Shown piece by piece: positions 29,079 through 37,928 of a stretch of 64,000 bases of DNA; position 1 is the first letter of the stretch; every line of letters starts with the position of its first letter. Made by a program: the position numbers and the translations under genes. The stretch is from an uncultured Thermoprotei archaeon (lineage in GTDB: Archaea; Thermoproteota; Thermoprotei; QMSL01; B3-G16): the NCBI GenBank assembly GCA_964517845.1, contig CAZFCQ010000010.1:14936-78935 (forward strand), read 5' to 3'. A model generated the notes under the pieces. It did not search any database. It was not told where the DNA came from and saw only the letters and a program-made list of their open reading frames with translations.

Positions 29079-30206
29079 TTAATAATGATTACTTAATAAC
29101 CATATATTACCTATATGAACGTTCCTCAATCCTTCAGCTTTTGCTATCTCTAAACATCTCCTAGCATGACTTATACTAGTAACTGGTAGATCGTACATCA
29201 TGTATTCTGGATGGAATGCTAATAGGGTAAAGGGAATTTCCGGATCTATGCTAGCTATAAATCTCGCAATTTGTGTTACCTCTTCTTCATCCACATATCC
29301 TGGAACCAATAGTGTACTGATTACTATCAGAGGAGGGTCCTTTCGCTCAGAGATCCAATTTGAAGCAAACTTTATGTTCTCAAAGACAGCAGTATTATCT
29401 ACTCCGGTTAATGCTTTATATACAGCTTTATTCCAGGCTTTTACATCAAATTTTATACATCCTCCACTCATAAGCGAAAATTCTACTGCTCTCTTGAGTA
29501 AGCTTCTATTCATTAATCCATTGGTCTCCCAGCAAATCCTGAATATTCTTCCTTTAGTTCTCTCAAGCATTTCTTCACATGCTATAATAGCATGTGGCAT
29601 CTGAGGAGAAGGATCACCACCAAAATAGCATACACAAGAAACCCGTTTATGAACTTTTAAAGCTAACTCTTTTGCACTCATAACAGGATGCAACATATGT
29701 GTTAACTTTCTATAATGCCAATTTTGACAAAATAAACAATCTAAGTTACATGCGCCATAGAAAACCGCTAGATTATAATATCCCCGCTCAGGACCTGGTC
29801 TGTAGGCATATCGAGGATATCCTCTTCCAGTGCAACCTGGGCATACCCACTCGGCTACACAGTTTGTAGGTAATGGGTCATAATACCATTCTAAGATGCC
29901 TAATTCTGATGTTCCTGCTAATCTAATTAGCTTTCCTTGTTCATTCCTTACTAATCCACAAAAACCATACTGATTTTCACCTATTTTACATTCATTTGCA
30001 CATACATTACATGTGATACCTCTTGGATCCCTAGGAGGTTCTGGAGGTAATCCATAGGCTCCTCGACTTCTTTTATGTCCCTCCATAGCGATTTTAAGAG
30101 CTTCATTAGGTACCTCTCTAAGGCACTCTACACAAACTCCTATTACTTCTGATATCAAGATACTTTCTCTGCCACAAATTTTACACTTTTTAGATTTAAT
30201 TCTCAA
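29079..30206 (-). CDS. Radical SAM enzyme (PflA/AmmeMemoRadiSam-like activase family) with N-terminal Cys-rich region
   Basis: CNLDCLFCQNW carries the CX3CX2C motif. The N-terminus has CKICG...CVEC. Confidence 0.8.
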   Translation of the reverse strand: MRIKSKKCKICGRESILISEVIGVCVECLREVPNEALKIAMEGHKRSRGAYGLPPEPPRDPRGITCNVCANECKIGENQYGFCGLVRNEQGKLIRLAGTSELGILEWYYDPLPTNCVAEWVCPGCTGRGYPRYAYRPGPERGYYNLAVFYGACNLDCLFCQNWHYRKLTHMLHPVMSAKELALKVHKRVSCVCYFGGDPSPQMPHAIIACEEMLERTKGRIFRICWETNGLMNRSLLKRAVEFSLMSGGCIKFDVKAWNKAVYKALTGVDNTAVFENIKFASNWISERKDPPLIVISTLLVPGYVDEEEVTQIARFIASIDPEIPFTLLAFHPEYMMYDLPVTSISHARRCLEIAKAEGLRNVHIGNIWLLSNHY

Positions 30207-30297
30207 GATTAGTACCCTAGATAAGAATGTACTTAGGGAGTGATATCCTTTAAGTTAATTTATTTTTCATTGTTACTACTTCTATATAGTGGTTCTT

Positions 30298-30819
30298 ATG
30301 GATATATTAAAGGTAATAAAGAGTAGAAGAAGCATAAGACGTTTTACTAATGATCCTATTCCCAAGGAGGATCTAATGCAAATATTAGAAGCGGCTATAT
30401 GGGCTCCTTCAGCAGGGAATTGTCAGCCTTGGGAATTCATAATAGTAGAAAATGAAGAGACTAAAAGAAGAATTGCTGAAGCTGCATTAGCTCAAATGTG
30501 GATAGCTTCAGCACCTGTAGTCATTGTAGTATGTGCTAATATACCCAGAACTTCTTGGCGATATGGCAAGCGAGGAGAAACCCTCTACTGTATACAGGAT
30601 ACGGCGGCTGCAATTCAGAATATGTTACTAACCGCTCATGCATTAGGCTATGGTACGTGCTGGGTGGGTGCATTTAATGAGGAGGCCATAAGGTCAGTAC
30701 TAAGTATACCTAGACATGTACGTCCAGTTGCAATAATACCCATAGGTAAGCCTGCTGAATCTCCCTCCCCGCCACCTAGAATTCCGTTAACGAAGGTTAT
30801 ACATAGGGAAAAATATTGA
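30298..30819 (+). CDS. Nitroreductase-family flavoprotein
   Basis: Blocks are RRSIRRF, APSAGNCQPWEF and GYGTCWVG. Confidence 0.85.
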   Translation: MDILKVIKSRRSIRRFTNDPIPKEDLMQILEAAIWAPSAGNCQPWEFIIVENEETKRRIAEAALAQMWIASAPVVIVVCANIPRTSWRYGKRGETLYCIQDTAAAIQNMLLTAHALGYGTCWVGAFNEEAIRSVLSIPRHVRPVAIIPIGKPAESPSPPPRIPLTKVIHREKY

Positions 30820-30833
30820 GGTGATAGTACATT

Positions 30834-31574
30834 ATGACTTCTATACTCCTTCATGAACTTACCTGGTGTAAAGCTGATAAACTACTTAAAAAGATAGAGA
30901 TTGCCCTATTACCAGTAGGCTCTATAGAGCAGCATGGGCCTCATAACCCTCTAGGCACGGATTATTTAATTGCGTATGCATTAGCAAGGGAAGCATCAAA
31001 AAGGACAAATGTACTATGCCTACCTTGCGTGCCTTTTGGTATAAGTAGCCATCATAGGCATTTTCCAGGGACTATAAGTGTAAGCCCTAAAGCTTTACGA
31101 GCTTATGTTAAGGACATACTATACTCACTCTACAGAAACGGAATAAGAAAGGTAATAATAATAAACGGACATGGAGGTAATCTTAACGCTCTTTTAGAAA
31201 TAGCACGTGAAGTAAGGGAGCGTAAGAAATTATTCGCTATAATATTTCAATGGTGGGATGCATTAAAAGGAGAATACCCATCTGAAGAATGCGGTCATGC
31301 AGCTGCTCTTGAGACATCCCTCAATCTCTACTTACATGAAAACCTAGTAGATACTAGTAGTATTGTAGATGAACGCACAGCTCCTATCTTCGGTAATGTA
31401 AGAGGAATATACTTACCTTGGGAAACACGAGATTTAACCAAAAGCGGTGTAATGGGGGTTGCTACCACATCTAATAAGGAGAAGGGAAAAGAAGTTTTTG
31501 AGAAAGCTCTTCAACAGCTATGCTTACTGATAGACCTCCTAAAGTCTAAAGACATCTCTGAATTACTTGAATAA
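30834..31574 (+). CDS. Creatininase-family amidohydrolase
   Basis: Blocks are LPVGSIEQHGPH, INGHGGN and HAAALETS. Confidence 0.8.
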   Translation: MTSILLHELTWCKADKLLKKIEIALLPVGSIEQHGPHNPLGTDYLIAYALAREASKRTNVLCLPCVPFGISSHHRHFPGTISVSPKALRAYVKDILYSLYRNGIRKVIIINGHGGNLNALLEIAREVRERKKLFAIIFQWWDALKGEYPSEECGHAAALETSLNLYLHENLVDTSSIVDERTAPIFGNVRGIYLPWETRDLTKSGVMGVATTSNKEKGKEVFEKALQQLCLLIDLLKSKDISELLE

Positions 31575-31578
31575 TGCT

Positions 31579-32691
31579 TTAATGAGCATAAAACTCCCAT
31601 TTAAAGATCTCTTTGTAGTAATTTTTCGAAACATATTTTCTTATTAATGTAGCATCTATAGGATATGTGCCATACTTTCTTGCTACTTCTATCATTCTCT
31701 TAAAGTTTTCAGGTTTAACTGAAGGATGAATGCTATTACTAGAGGAGAGTATATATCTTCCCCCAGGAGCAACTTTAGCTATAGTCTCCTTTACCACCTC
31801 TTCTACTTCACTTGGTGTTCTTAGTGGTAATAGTACTGAGCAATCTATATTACCTATAACGCATATTCTAGTACCATATCGCTTCTTCACTTCCATGATA
31901 TCCATTCCTGCTGCTGGCTCTATTGGATGGAGTCCGTCTATTCTAGTACTGACTATCATATCAATTATACTCCATATATTACCATCAGTATGTTTAATAA
32001 AGGGTAATCCTCTCCTCTTAGCTATATCAACAGCTCTTTTGAGATAGGGTAATATGAACTTACGGAACATACTGGATGATACGAAAGGTCCCTTTCTATT
32101 AGCATAATCATCGCCTGTAAGCAATATATCTGCACCAACTATAGCAGCTCTATCTAATACACGACACTTATACTCGCTTATCATATCTGAGAGTTCAAAT
32201 ACGAAGTCCGGATCCTTGAAGTACATATAAAGTAGTCTATTTAGACCTCCAAGCAAGTAGTGGGAATACTCAAATGTTTCATGACCGAGAAAGACTATTG
32301 CTCGCTCACCCTTGAATCTATCAATAGCCTTCTCAAGGTTTTCTAACCTATAAGAAGCATCTGGATCGGGAGGACTATACTTTTTTAAGTCTTTTTTACT
32401 CTTGATAGGTCCCTTAAGAGGATAGCTTAATCCATTAGGTTCTACACCCCAGATTATTCCCCACTCATCACGATAACTCGTTGAGCTAATCCATTCTATC
32501 TTCTGATTTTCCCCCACGGTTATTCCATCCATGTCCATTATCTCTATAAAGTCCATGTAAGAAATATCACCACAAAGGGCTTTTATCACCGGTTCATTTA
32601 TTATTAGTTCCCATATGGGGATTTTATCAGGCTCACCTTTCCCTAAAAGTGCCTTCAAGAACCTATCTCGAGCTCTCACATTATCACTCAT
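31579..32691 (-). CDS. Uroporphyrinogen decarboxylase-family (URO-D/MtaA-like) protein
   Basis: The N-terminal RFLKALLGKGEPDKIPIWE and overall length resemble the URO-D-like family. Confidence 0.7.
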   Translation of the reverse strand: MSDNVRARDRFLKALLGKGEPDKIPIWELIINEPVIKALCGDISYMDFIEIMDMDGITVGENQKIEWISSTSYRDEWGIIWGVEPNGLSYPLKGPIKSKKDLKKYSPPDPDASYRLENLEKAIDRFKGERAIVFLGHETFEYSHYLLGGLNRLLYMYFKDPDFVFELSDMISEYKCRVLDRAAIVGADILLTGDDYANRKGPFVSSSMFRKFILPYLKRAVDIAKRRGLPFIKHTDGNIWSIIDMIVSTRIDGLHPIEPAAGMDIMEVKKRYGTRICVIGNIDCSVLLPLRTPSEVEEVVKETIAKVAPGGRYILSSSNSIHPSVKPENFKRMIEVARKYGTYPIDATLIRKYVSKNYYKEIFKWEFYAH

Positions 32692-32929
32692 TAGATATAT
32701 CAACAATACTGCGCTATAAATTACTTTTCAGATCATCTTACTATATAGGAGATTGAGAATGTAGCCAACAAAAGAGAATAATCTTTCTTAGGGAAAAAGT
32801 CTCACCCTCATAGAGAATTTATGTTATACTACCACTACCTTCATCATAAATGCGCACACTATTTACCTTCATTACGATACATCAAATAAAAAGCAAGCTT
32901 TAATTATACTTATCCAGGTGTGATCGGCT

Positions 32930-33682
32930 ATGTTTGGAATTGAAGAAGAACCTTTTCGAATACAAGGCAAAAAGTATGCCTTAGCGGCTTATAAGCATGT
33001 TCCTCTCAACAGAAAGAAATCATCGGTAGTATTAATGTTACATGGCTTTACTGGTAATAAAGTAGAAGCTTGGAGACTTTTTGTTGACATAGCAAGAGAG
33101 CTATGTAGAAACGGCTTTATAGTTATTCGCTTCGACTATAGAGGTCATGGTGAAAGTCCAGGTGATTTTGAAGATTTTAAACTAGAATGGGCATTAGAGG
33201 ATAGTGAATTAGCATTAAGATATTCTCTGAGTATGGGTGAATACGTAGGACTTATAGGCTTAAGTTTAGGAGGAGCTGTAGCAATATACCTAGCATCTAT
33301 TCTGTCGAACTTTATTAAGGCTATTGTCTTGCTCTCTCCTGTTATTAATTTTGCAGAAGTCCTTAATAGAAGAATGGATAACTTCAAGAAAGGAGTCTAC
33401 AGTTATATTGGCCCTCTTAGAATCAAGCTTGAAAACCTAATGAGCTTAAAATCCTTTAACGGCTTCGACTATGTCACCAAGATAAAAGCTCCCACATTGA
33501 TTATACATTCTAAAGATGATTCCATAGTACCTTACTCTCAAGCATTACGATTTTATAAAAACCTAGCTGTTAAGAAAGAGCTTTTATTGCTAGAGAAAGG
33601 TGGCCATACCTTTAATACCTATGAGGCTCGTATAACTGTTATAAGTCGTATAGTAAAGTGGTTCCTAGGCAATTTAAAGTAG
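32930..33682 (+). CDS. Alpha/beta hydrolase
   Basis: HGFTGNK, the nucleophile elbow GLSLGG, and a C-terminal D and H (SKDDSIVP, GGHTF) are present. Confidence 0.8.
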   Translation: MFGIEEEPFRIQGKKYALAAYKHVPLNRKKSSVVLMLHGFTGNKVEAWRLFVDIARELCRNGFIVIRFDYRGHGESPGDFEDFKLEWALEDSELALRYSLSMGEYVGLIGLSLGGAVAIYLASILSNFIKAIVLLSPVINFAEVLNRRMDNFKKGVYSYIGPLRIKLENLMSLKSFNGFDYVTKIKAPTLIIHSKDDSIVPYSQALRFYKNLAVKKELLLLEKGGHTFNTYEARITVISRIVKWFLGNLK

Positions 33683-33757
33683 CGATATTTTAAATTACGT
33701 TTATATTAGAGAAAATATTTTTACCTGAAAAATCGTTCTTTTATTTGTGATTATTAG

Positions 33758-34729
33758 ATGAAGGTAGTAACAGTAACTTCGGGAAGCCGAGGAGGTACAG
33801 GAAAGACCACCATTCTACTAAATGTTGCCCTATTACATGCCTATGTAAGCTATATTAACAATAAGAACTACATACTCTTAACGGATGCTGAATTCCAAGA
33901 AGGTACTGCAACATATAGAATAAGCCCTGAACTCTCATTAAAATATAAAGAGGGGAAAATAAAGAGTCTAATAGATTTTATCCTAGACGAAGCCGATATA
34001 CGTGAAATAATAAAAGTAGCTGTCTTTAAGCCTGATAAAGATACAAGGTTTCCAGTACTCCTGACCTCAGCAATGACCTTACCTTCTAAATATAAGGCCC
34101 TCCAAAAAATGGATCTTGGACAGATTTTAGATAGGCTTGAACTACTTATCAAAGAGCTATCCAAGTTACTACCTATTGAAGCTATTTACATAGATATGCC
34201 TGCTACCAGGATACATGAAACATTCAGTATAGCTCTATTTGCTTTAAGTGACTTTATAATCCCTATAGGAGTACCTGATCCTACGTCTTTACTTACATTA
34301 TATACAACAGTAACAGCTATACGAGACTATATCAAGCCTCCTCCTACCATAAATGTAGCTGTAGTGAATAGGATCACCATTGAAAATTCCATAGAGCCCC
34401 ATACAGGAAAGAGATATACTGATCTCTATAGAAAGTTACTAGGTGTCCGTTTTGTAGTAGCTATTCCTGATGATCCTAACCTTAGTGCTACTAGTGCTGC
34501 AGGAATGATTGAGATATTATCAGAGAGATTAAAGAATGTAAGATCAATTAAACGATTAAAGAAACTAGCCTCTTATGTAATTGAACATGAATTAGCTCAT
34601 GTACCTAAGCGCGTCATTAACCTTGAATATATGCATAAATTCCTCTCCTTAGGCTATAAAACAAATGAAGAAGCTGAAGCAATCCTCTTAGCCTTATATC
34701 GTGCAAGGAGGCGAATACCTATTGAGTGA
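33758..34729 (+). CDS. SIMIBI-class P-loop NTPase, MinD/ParA/CpaE-like with deviant Walker A
   Basis: The Walker A is VTSGSRGGTGKTT, where the signature Lys of KGGxGK is Arg. The Walker B-like element is AIYIDMPA. There is a C-terminal extension of about 80 aa. Confidence 0.6.
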   Translation: MKVVTVTSGSRGGTGKTTILLNVALLHAYVSYINNKNYILLTDAEFQEGTATYRISPELSLKYKEGKIKSLIDFILDEADIREIIKVAVFKPDKDTRFPVLLTSAMTLPSKYKALQKMDLGQILDRLELLIKELSKLLPIEAIYIDMPATRIHETFSIALFALSDFIIPIGVPDPTSLLTLYTTVTAIRDYIKPPPTINVAVVNRITIENSIEPHTGKRYTDLYRKLLGVRFVVAIPDDPNLSATSAAGMIEILSERLKNVRSIKRLKKLASYVIEHELAHVPKRVINLEYMHKFLSLGYKTNEEAEAILLALYRARRRIPIE

Positions 34730-35093
34730 AATTACGTATGTACTAACGGCTATTATAATAATTACACTCTCTTTCAGTATCTTTCAAGGTACTATGCTCA
34801 CATACTTGAACATGAATCTATACGAGAAATATATGAGTGCGGTAGCTTATTTAATAAAGTATGAAGTTGAATATATATCATCAAGCAATATAGAATCAAG
34901 CATAATATTATACATATTTGTACCTCCTCCTTGTATTTTAGTTATATGTAACAATACGATATATGTTTATAAAAATAGAAGTCTCCTTCTAAGGCTACCA
35001 CTTAACGCCAATGTGAACTCTACTTTATCATTAACGTTATTAAATAGGGTAGTTATTAAGAAAACATTAGAAGGGGTGCATATAAGTGGCTGA
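34701..35093 (+). CDS. Membrane-anchored hypothetical protein (N-terminal TM, beta-rich remainder)
   Basis: The gene overlaps the ATPase stop. The alternative TTG at 34722 is preceded by AGGAGG. The TM segment is ITYVLTAIIIITLSFSIF. Confidence 0.5.
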   Translation: MQGGEYLLSEITYVLTAIIIITLSFSIFQGTMLTYLNMNLYEKYMSAVAYLIKYEVEYISSSNIESSIILYIFVPPPCILVICNNTIYVYKNRSLLLRLPLNANVNSTLSLTLLNRVVIKKTLEGVHISG

Positions 35094-35298
35094 AGAAATA
35101 ATTGATCTAGATGAATTGCTTAGGACACGTAAAGCTATCAAGAAGGAAGTTTCTTCAATATCCCCCAAAGAAGGAGACATTTATTCTCTAGTAGAAAAAA
35201 TTGTAAGAAAGGTACTTGATGAGAGGCTTATCTCTATTGAAGAGAAACTAGATAAAATACTAAAACTTCTTGAGGAGGTTAAGGATGAACATATTTAA
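35086..35298 (+). CDS. Small charged helical (coiled-coil-like) protein, hypothetical
   Basis: 70 aa. The GTG start overlaps the upstream stop (GTGGCTGA). The sequence has heptad-like L/I spacing. Confidence 0.5.
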   Translation: MAEEIIDLDELLRTRKAIKKEVSSISPKEGDIYSLVEKIVRKVLDERLISIEEKLDKILKLLEEVKDEHI

Positions 35299-35521
35299 TT
35301 TCCTAAAGAATCGAAAAAGGAAAAGTTCTTCCTCAGTTGAAATATATAAAAAAGGTACCACAAGCCTCATTCTTAGAGACTTCCTCTCCTCTCTGAAGAA
35401 GATAAGAAAAGAAGATGAATATGCTCTCGAAATAGATGACTCTGATGAAATGGAGGAAATTACGGAAGATGTAGAAAGCTTTATGCATAAGTTGATAGAG
35501 TCGTTACATGAGGACGATTAA
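35285..35521 (+). CDS. Small protein with amphipathic basic N-terminus (MNIFNFLKNRKRK) and acidic C-terminus; MinE-MTS-like
   Basis: The ATG at 35285 is preceded by GAGGAGG and overlaps the upstream stop. The N-terminus resembles E. coli MinE MALLDFFLSRKK. Confidence 0.45.
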   Translation: MNIFNFLKNRKRKSSSSVEIYKKGTTSLILRDFLSSLKKIRKEDEYALEIDDSDEMEEITEDVESFMHKLIESLHEDD

Positions 35522-35564
35522 TATATTAGAGTAAATTTCGATTAAATTAAAACAGGCGTGGTAA

Positions 35565-35870
35565 ATGGTCCGTTTAAAGATATCGCAAATTAAATCAGGT
35601 ATGGAGAATATAGAAGTAGAAGGAGAAATTATCAGCATAACTAGTCCTCGTCAAGTTTATACGAAATATGGTCCTGCAAAGGTAGCTACTGCTATTCTCC
35701 GTGATGAAACAGGAAGTATCAGGCTAGTTTTATGGAGAGGACAAATAGACAGAGTACGTAGAGGAGATTATATTCGTATAACTGATGCCTATACGCGGGA
35801 ATTCCGTGGTAATCTTGAATTGTATATAAGTCGTAGTGGTAAAATAATAGTGATACGCCGTTATAGATGA
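35565..35870 (+). CDS. Single OB-fold nucleic-acid-binding protein (SSB/RPA-like)
   Basis: NIEVEGEIISI...ATAILRDETGSIRLVLWRGQ...GDYIRITDAY...G.LEL is the classic OB anticodon-type pattern. Confidence 0.7.
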   Translation: MVRLKISQIKSGMENIEVEGEIISITSPRQVYTKYGPAKVATAILRDETGSIRLVLWRGQIDRVRRGDYIRITDAYTREFRGNLELYISRSGKIIVIRRYR

Positions 35871-36634
35871 TACCTGAGCATTCTCGAAATCTCCTCTGGT
35901 TCCCAATAAGACCTAAAACTCATATCTCCTATAGAAACTATAGCTATTGTACTCATGTAGTGTTCTTCCTTATAATGTGGAGTGTATATCTCTACTTTTA
36001 CTTCGCTCTTTGCGCTCTCTACAAGTAGCATTAATGTAATTGCTATACGTATAGTACATCTAATGAACTCCGTAAGTTCTCCTAAATCTGAAGGAAGCAT
36101 ATTACTACTAGGTATTCCAATAACCTCTCCCTCATACCACGGTGCGAAATACGAGAACCATACACCTTTCTTATTATCAACTACTATCCTTTCACCTAAT
36201 TCCCTTTCTGTCGTAGCAAGATCTACCCAATAATTAGTCCTACTTGATAGAAAGTATAACCAACTGGAGATTCTGAGCAAGGAAATAGTTCCCCAGATTC
36301 CTGCATAAGGAATTCTCAAGCATGTTACTCTAATGTTATCTCCTTCCTTTAAGACGCTGATACTAGTTAACGTGTCAAACTGAAGTCTTCTCTCCTTTCT
36401 TTTAATTACACTAAGTACCTTATCGACTAAGCCTATAATAAGCCTCTCTTTTGCTACATCTTTTACAAAGTTCACTTCACGTCCCTGTTTGAGTATTATA
36501 CTCCATAATCTAGTTAATGGATCCTGGCGGAATTCTAAGGATTTATAAGAATGCGATAAACACTTCACTTTCTTAAAGATAATCCTTCCCTCTCCTTTCT
36601 CAATGCTTACTAGGGCATCTACTTCATCTAGCAT
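35861..36634 (-). CDS. Hypothetical protein (weak GalT/HIT-like N-terminal resemblance)
   Basis: 257 aa. EFRQDPLTRLWSII recalls the R.DPLTG.W motif of GalT-type nucleotidyltransferases. I see no HxH active site. Confidence 0.35.
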   Translation of the reverse strand: MLDEVDALVSIEKGEGRIIFKKVKCLSHSYKSLEFRQDPLTRLWSIILKQGREVNFVKDVAKERLIIGLVDKVLSVIKRKERRLQFDTLTSISVLKEGDNIRVTCLRIPYAGIWGTISLLRISSWLYFLSSRTNYWVDLATTERELGERIVVDNKKGVWFSYFAPWYEGEVIGIPSSNMLPSDLGELTEFIRCTIRIAITLMLLVESAKSEVKVEIYTPHYKEEHYMSTIAIVSIGDMSFRSYWEPEEISRMLRYHL

Positions 36635-37196
36635 AATGACTCTCCTGCTGGATAACTCTTCTTATTATGTGGAAATCTCTCTCCAATAGAATCTTAATCT
36701 TAGGGTTGTACATAATTGCAGCTGGATGATATGTCGGGATTAACGTAGTTCTTATCCCTAATATCGAAGCCCTATATATGTTACCATGGATATTACTAAG
36801 AGATTTGAACACCTTACCAATCTTACCTAATAGATACTGTGTAGAAAGCCTTCCAAGCGTTACTATTACCTTGGGTTTAATTATCTTTATCTCTTGATCT
36901 AAGTATGGACTGCAAAGGGCAATTTCCTTAGGTTTAGGCATCTTCCCTGGAGGTAGTTTACATTTAATTAAATTAGTCAAATAGACTTTATCGCGCACAA
37001 TGCCTATCCTTAATAAAAGTTCCTCCAAGATTCTACCACTAGGTCCTACAAATGGCCTATATCCATGGTTGCTTGGAGATTCCCCTATTATAAATAATCT
37101 AGCATCTAGGTCCCCTTCTCCAGGTACAGGTCTTCTATCTTCGCGAAGCCGTATACATTTACGACAATGTAATATCTCACAATATAGGACCTTCAT
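36624..37196 (-). CDS. udg: Uracil-DNA glycosylase, family 4/5 (Fe-S type)
   Basis: Blocks are CRKCIRL, FIIGESPS, GPSGRILEELL and YHPAAIMYN. I chose the start at the MKVLYCE ATG (37196). Confidence 0.8.
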   Translation of the reverse strand: MKVLYCEILHCRKCIRLREDRRPVPGEGDLDARLFIIGESPSNHGYRPFVGPSGRILEELLLRIGIVRDKVYLTNLIKCKLPPGKMPKPKEIALCSPYLDQEIKIIKPKVIVTLGRLSTQYLLGKIGKVFKSLSNIHGNIYRASILGIRTTLIPTYHPAAIMYNPKIKILLERDFHIIRRVIQQESHYAR

Positions 37197-37337
37197 AGCT
37201 ATACCTTTAGAAGGAAAGGCCCTTCTCGAAAACCTTAAAGTATGTACCTTATTCAACACCCCTTTTCTAATAAAGCTCAGATATGATAGCTTATAACTTA
37301 AACTCATTATGGCTCATTCACCTTTAGACTTTTTCTT

Positions 37338-37356
37338 CTAGCAAAAATTTTGCTAG
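37338..37356. repeat. Inverted repeat CTAGCAAAA-A-TTTTGCTAG in the divergent udg/JAMM intergenic region
   Basis: The 9 bp arms read directly from the sequence. The repeat could be an operator or a hairpin. Confidence 0.5.
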
Positions 37357-37464
37357 CGAATATTTTTAAAATATTTACTCTAGTGAAAAATCTGAAATTC
37401 TCTGAAAAACTTCTTAAGAAGTTAATGAATATAAGCCCAATCTGACATAGATAATGACGGAATC

Positions 37465-37896
37465 ATGAAATATCTCTTAATACCCAACTCGATTTTATTG
37501 AATATAATACGTAATGTCCAGAGATCATATCCCTATGAAGTAGCAGGTGTTCTTTTAGGTTCAGAGTTTCGTGATTTTTATAAGGTTAGAACAGTTTATC
37601 ATTTCAAGAAGTGTCGCATCACTGAGTACTCCTTTAACTTCGATATTATGGAATGGATGCATGTTATCACTAACGGTAGACGGTCTGGTCTAGCGTACTT
37701 AGGGTTATACCATTCTCATCCAAATGCACATGCAATACCTTCAAATATCGATATTCATAGAATGATCGAGTGTCCAGGTGAAATCTGGCTAATAATCGCA
37801 TTACCTGAAGCTAATACCATAGAGTATGCAGCTTATACGGTATTAGACCCCGCTTCAGCGCTCTTAAAGCTAAATATCATAATATCTGAGAATTAA
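37465..37896 (+). CDS. JAMM/MPN+ metalloprotease (stand-alone)
   Basis: The motif is complete: EVAGVLLG (Glu) followed by HSHPNAHAIPSNID, which is H-S-H-x7-S-x2-D. Confidence 0.8.
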   Translation: MKYLLIPNSILLNIIRNVQRSYPYEVAGVLLGSEFRDFYKVRTVYHFKKCRITEYSFNFDIMEWMHVITNGRRSGLAYLGLYHSHPNAHAIPSNIDIHRMIECPGEIWLIIALPEANTIEYAAYTVLDPASALLKLNIIISEN

Positions 37897-37928
37897 CTGT
37901 ATATTAAATAAAATGGGAGGTACGATAT

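Noticed and set aside
29200-29604. 134 aa plus-strand ORF inside the radical SAM gene
   Set aside because: It is antisense to a CDS that carries the CX3CX2C motif, and its composition is Ser-rich low complexity.
32760-32900. Possible C/D box sRNA on the minus strand (AUGAUGA box)
   Set aside because: The nearest CUGA lies about 130 nt away, far beyond the 50-70 nt size of archaeal C/D sRNAs, and there are no terminal complementary ends.
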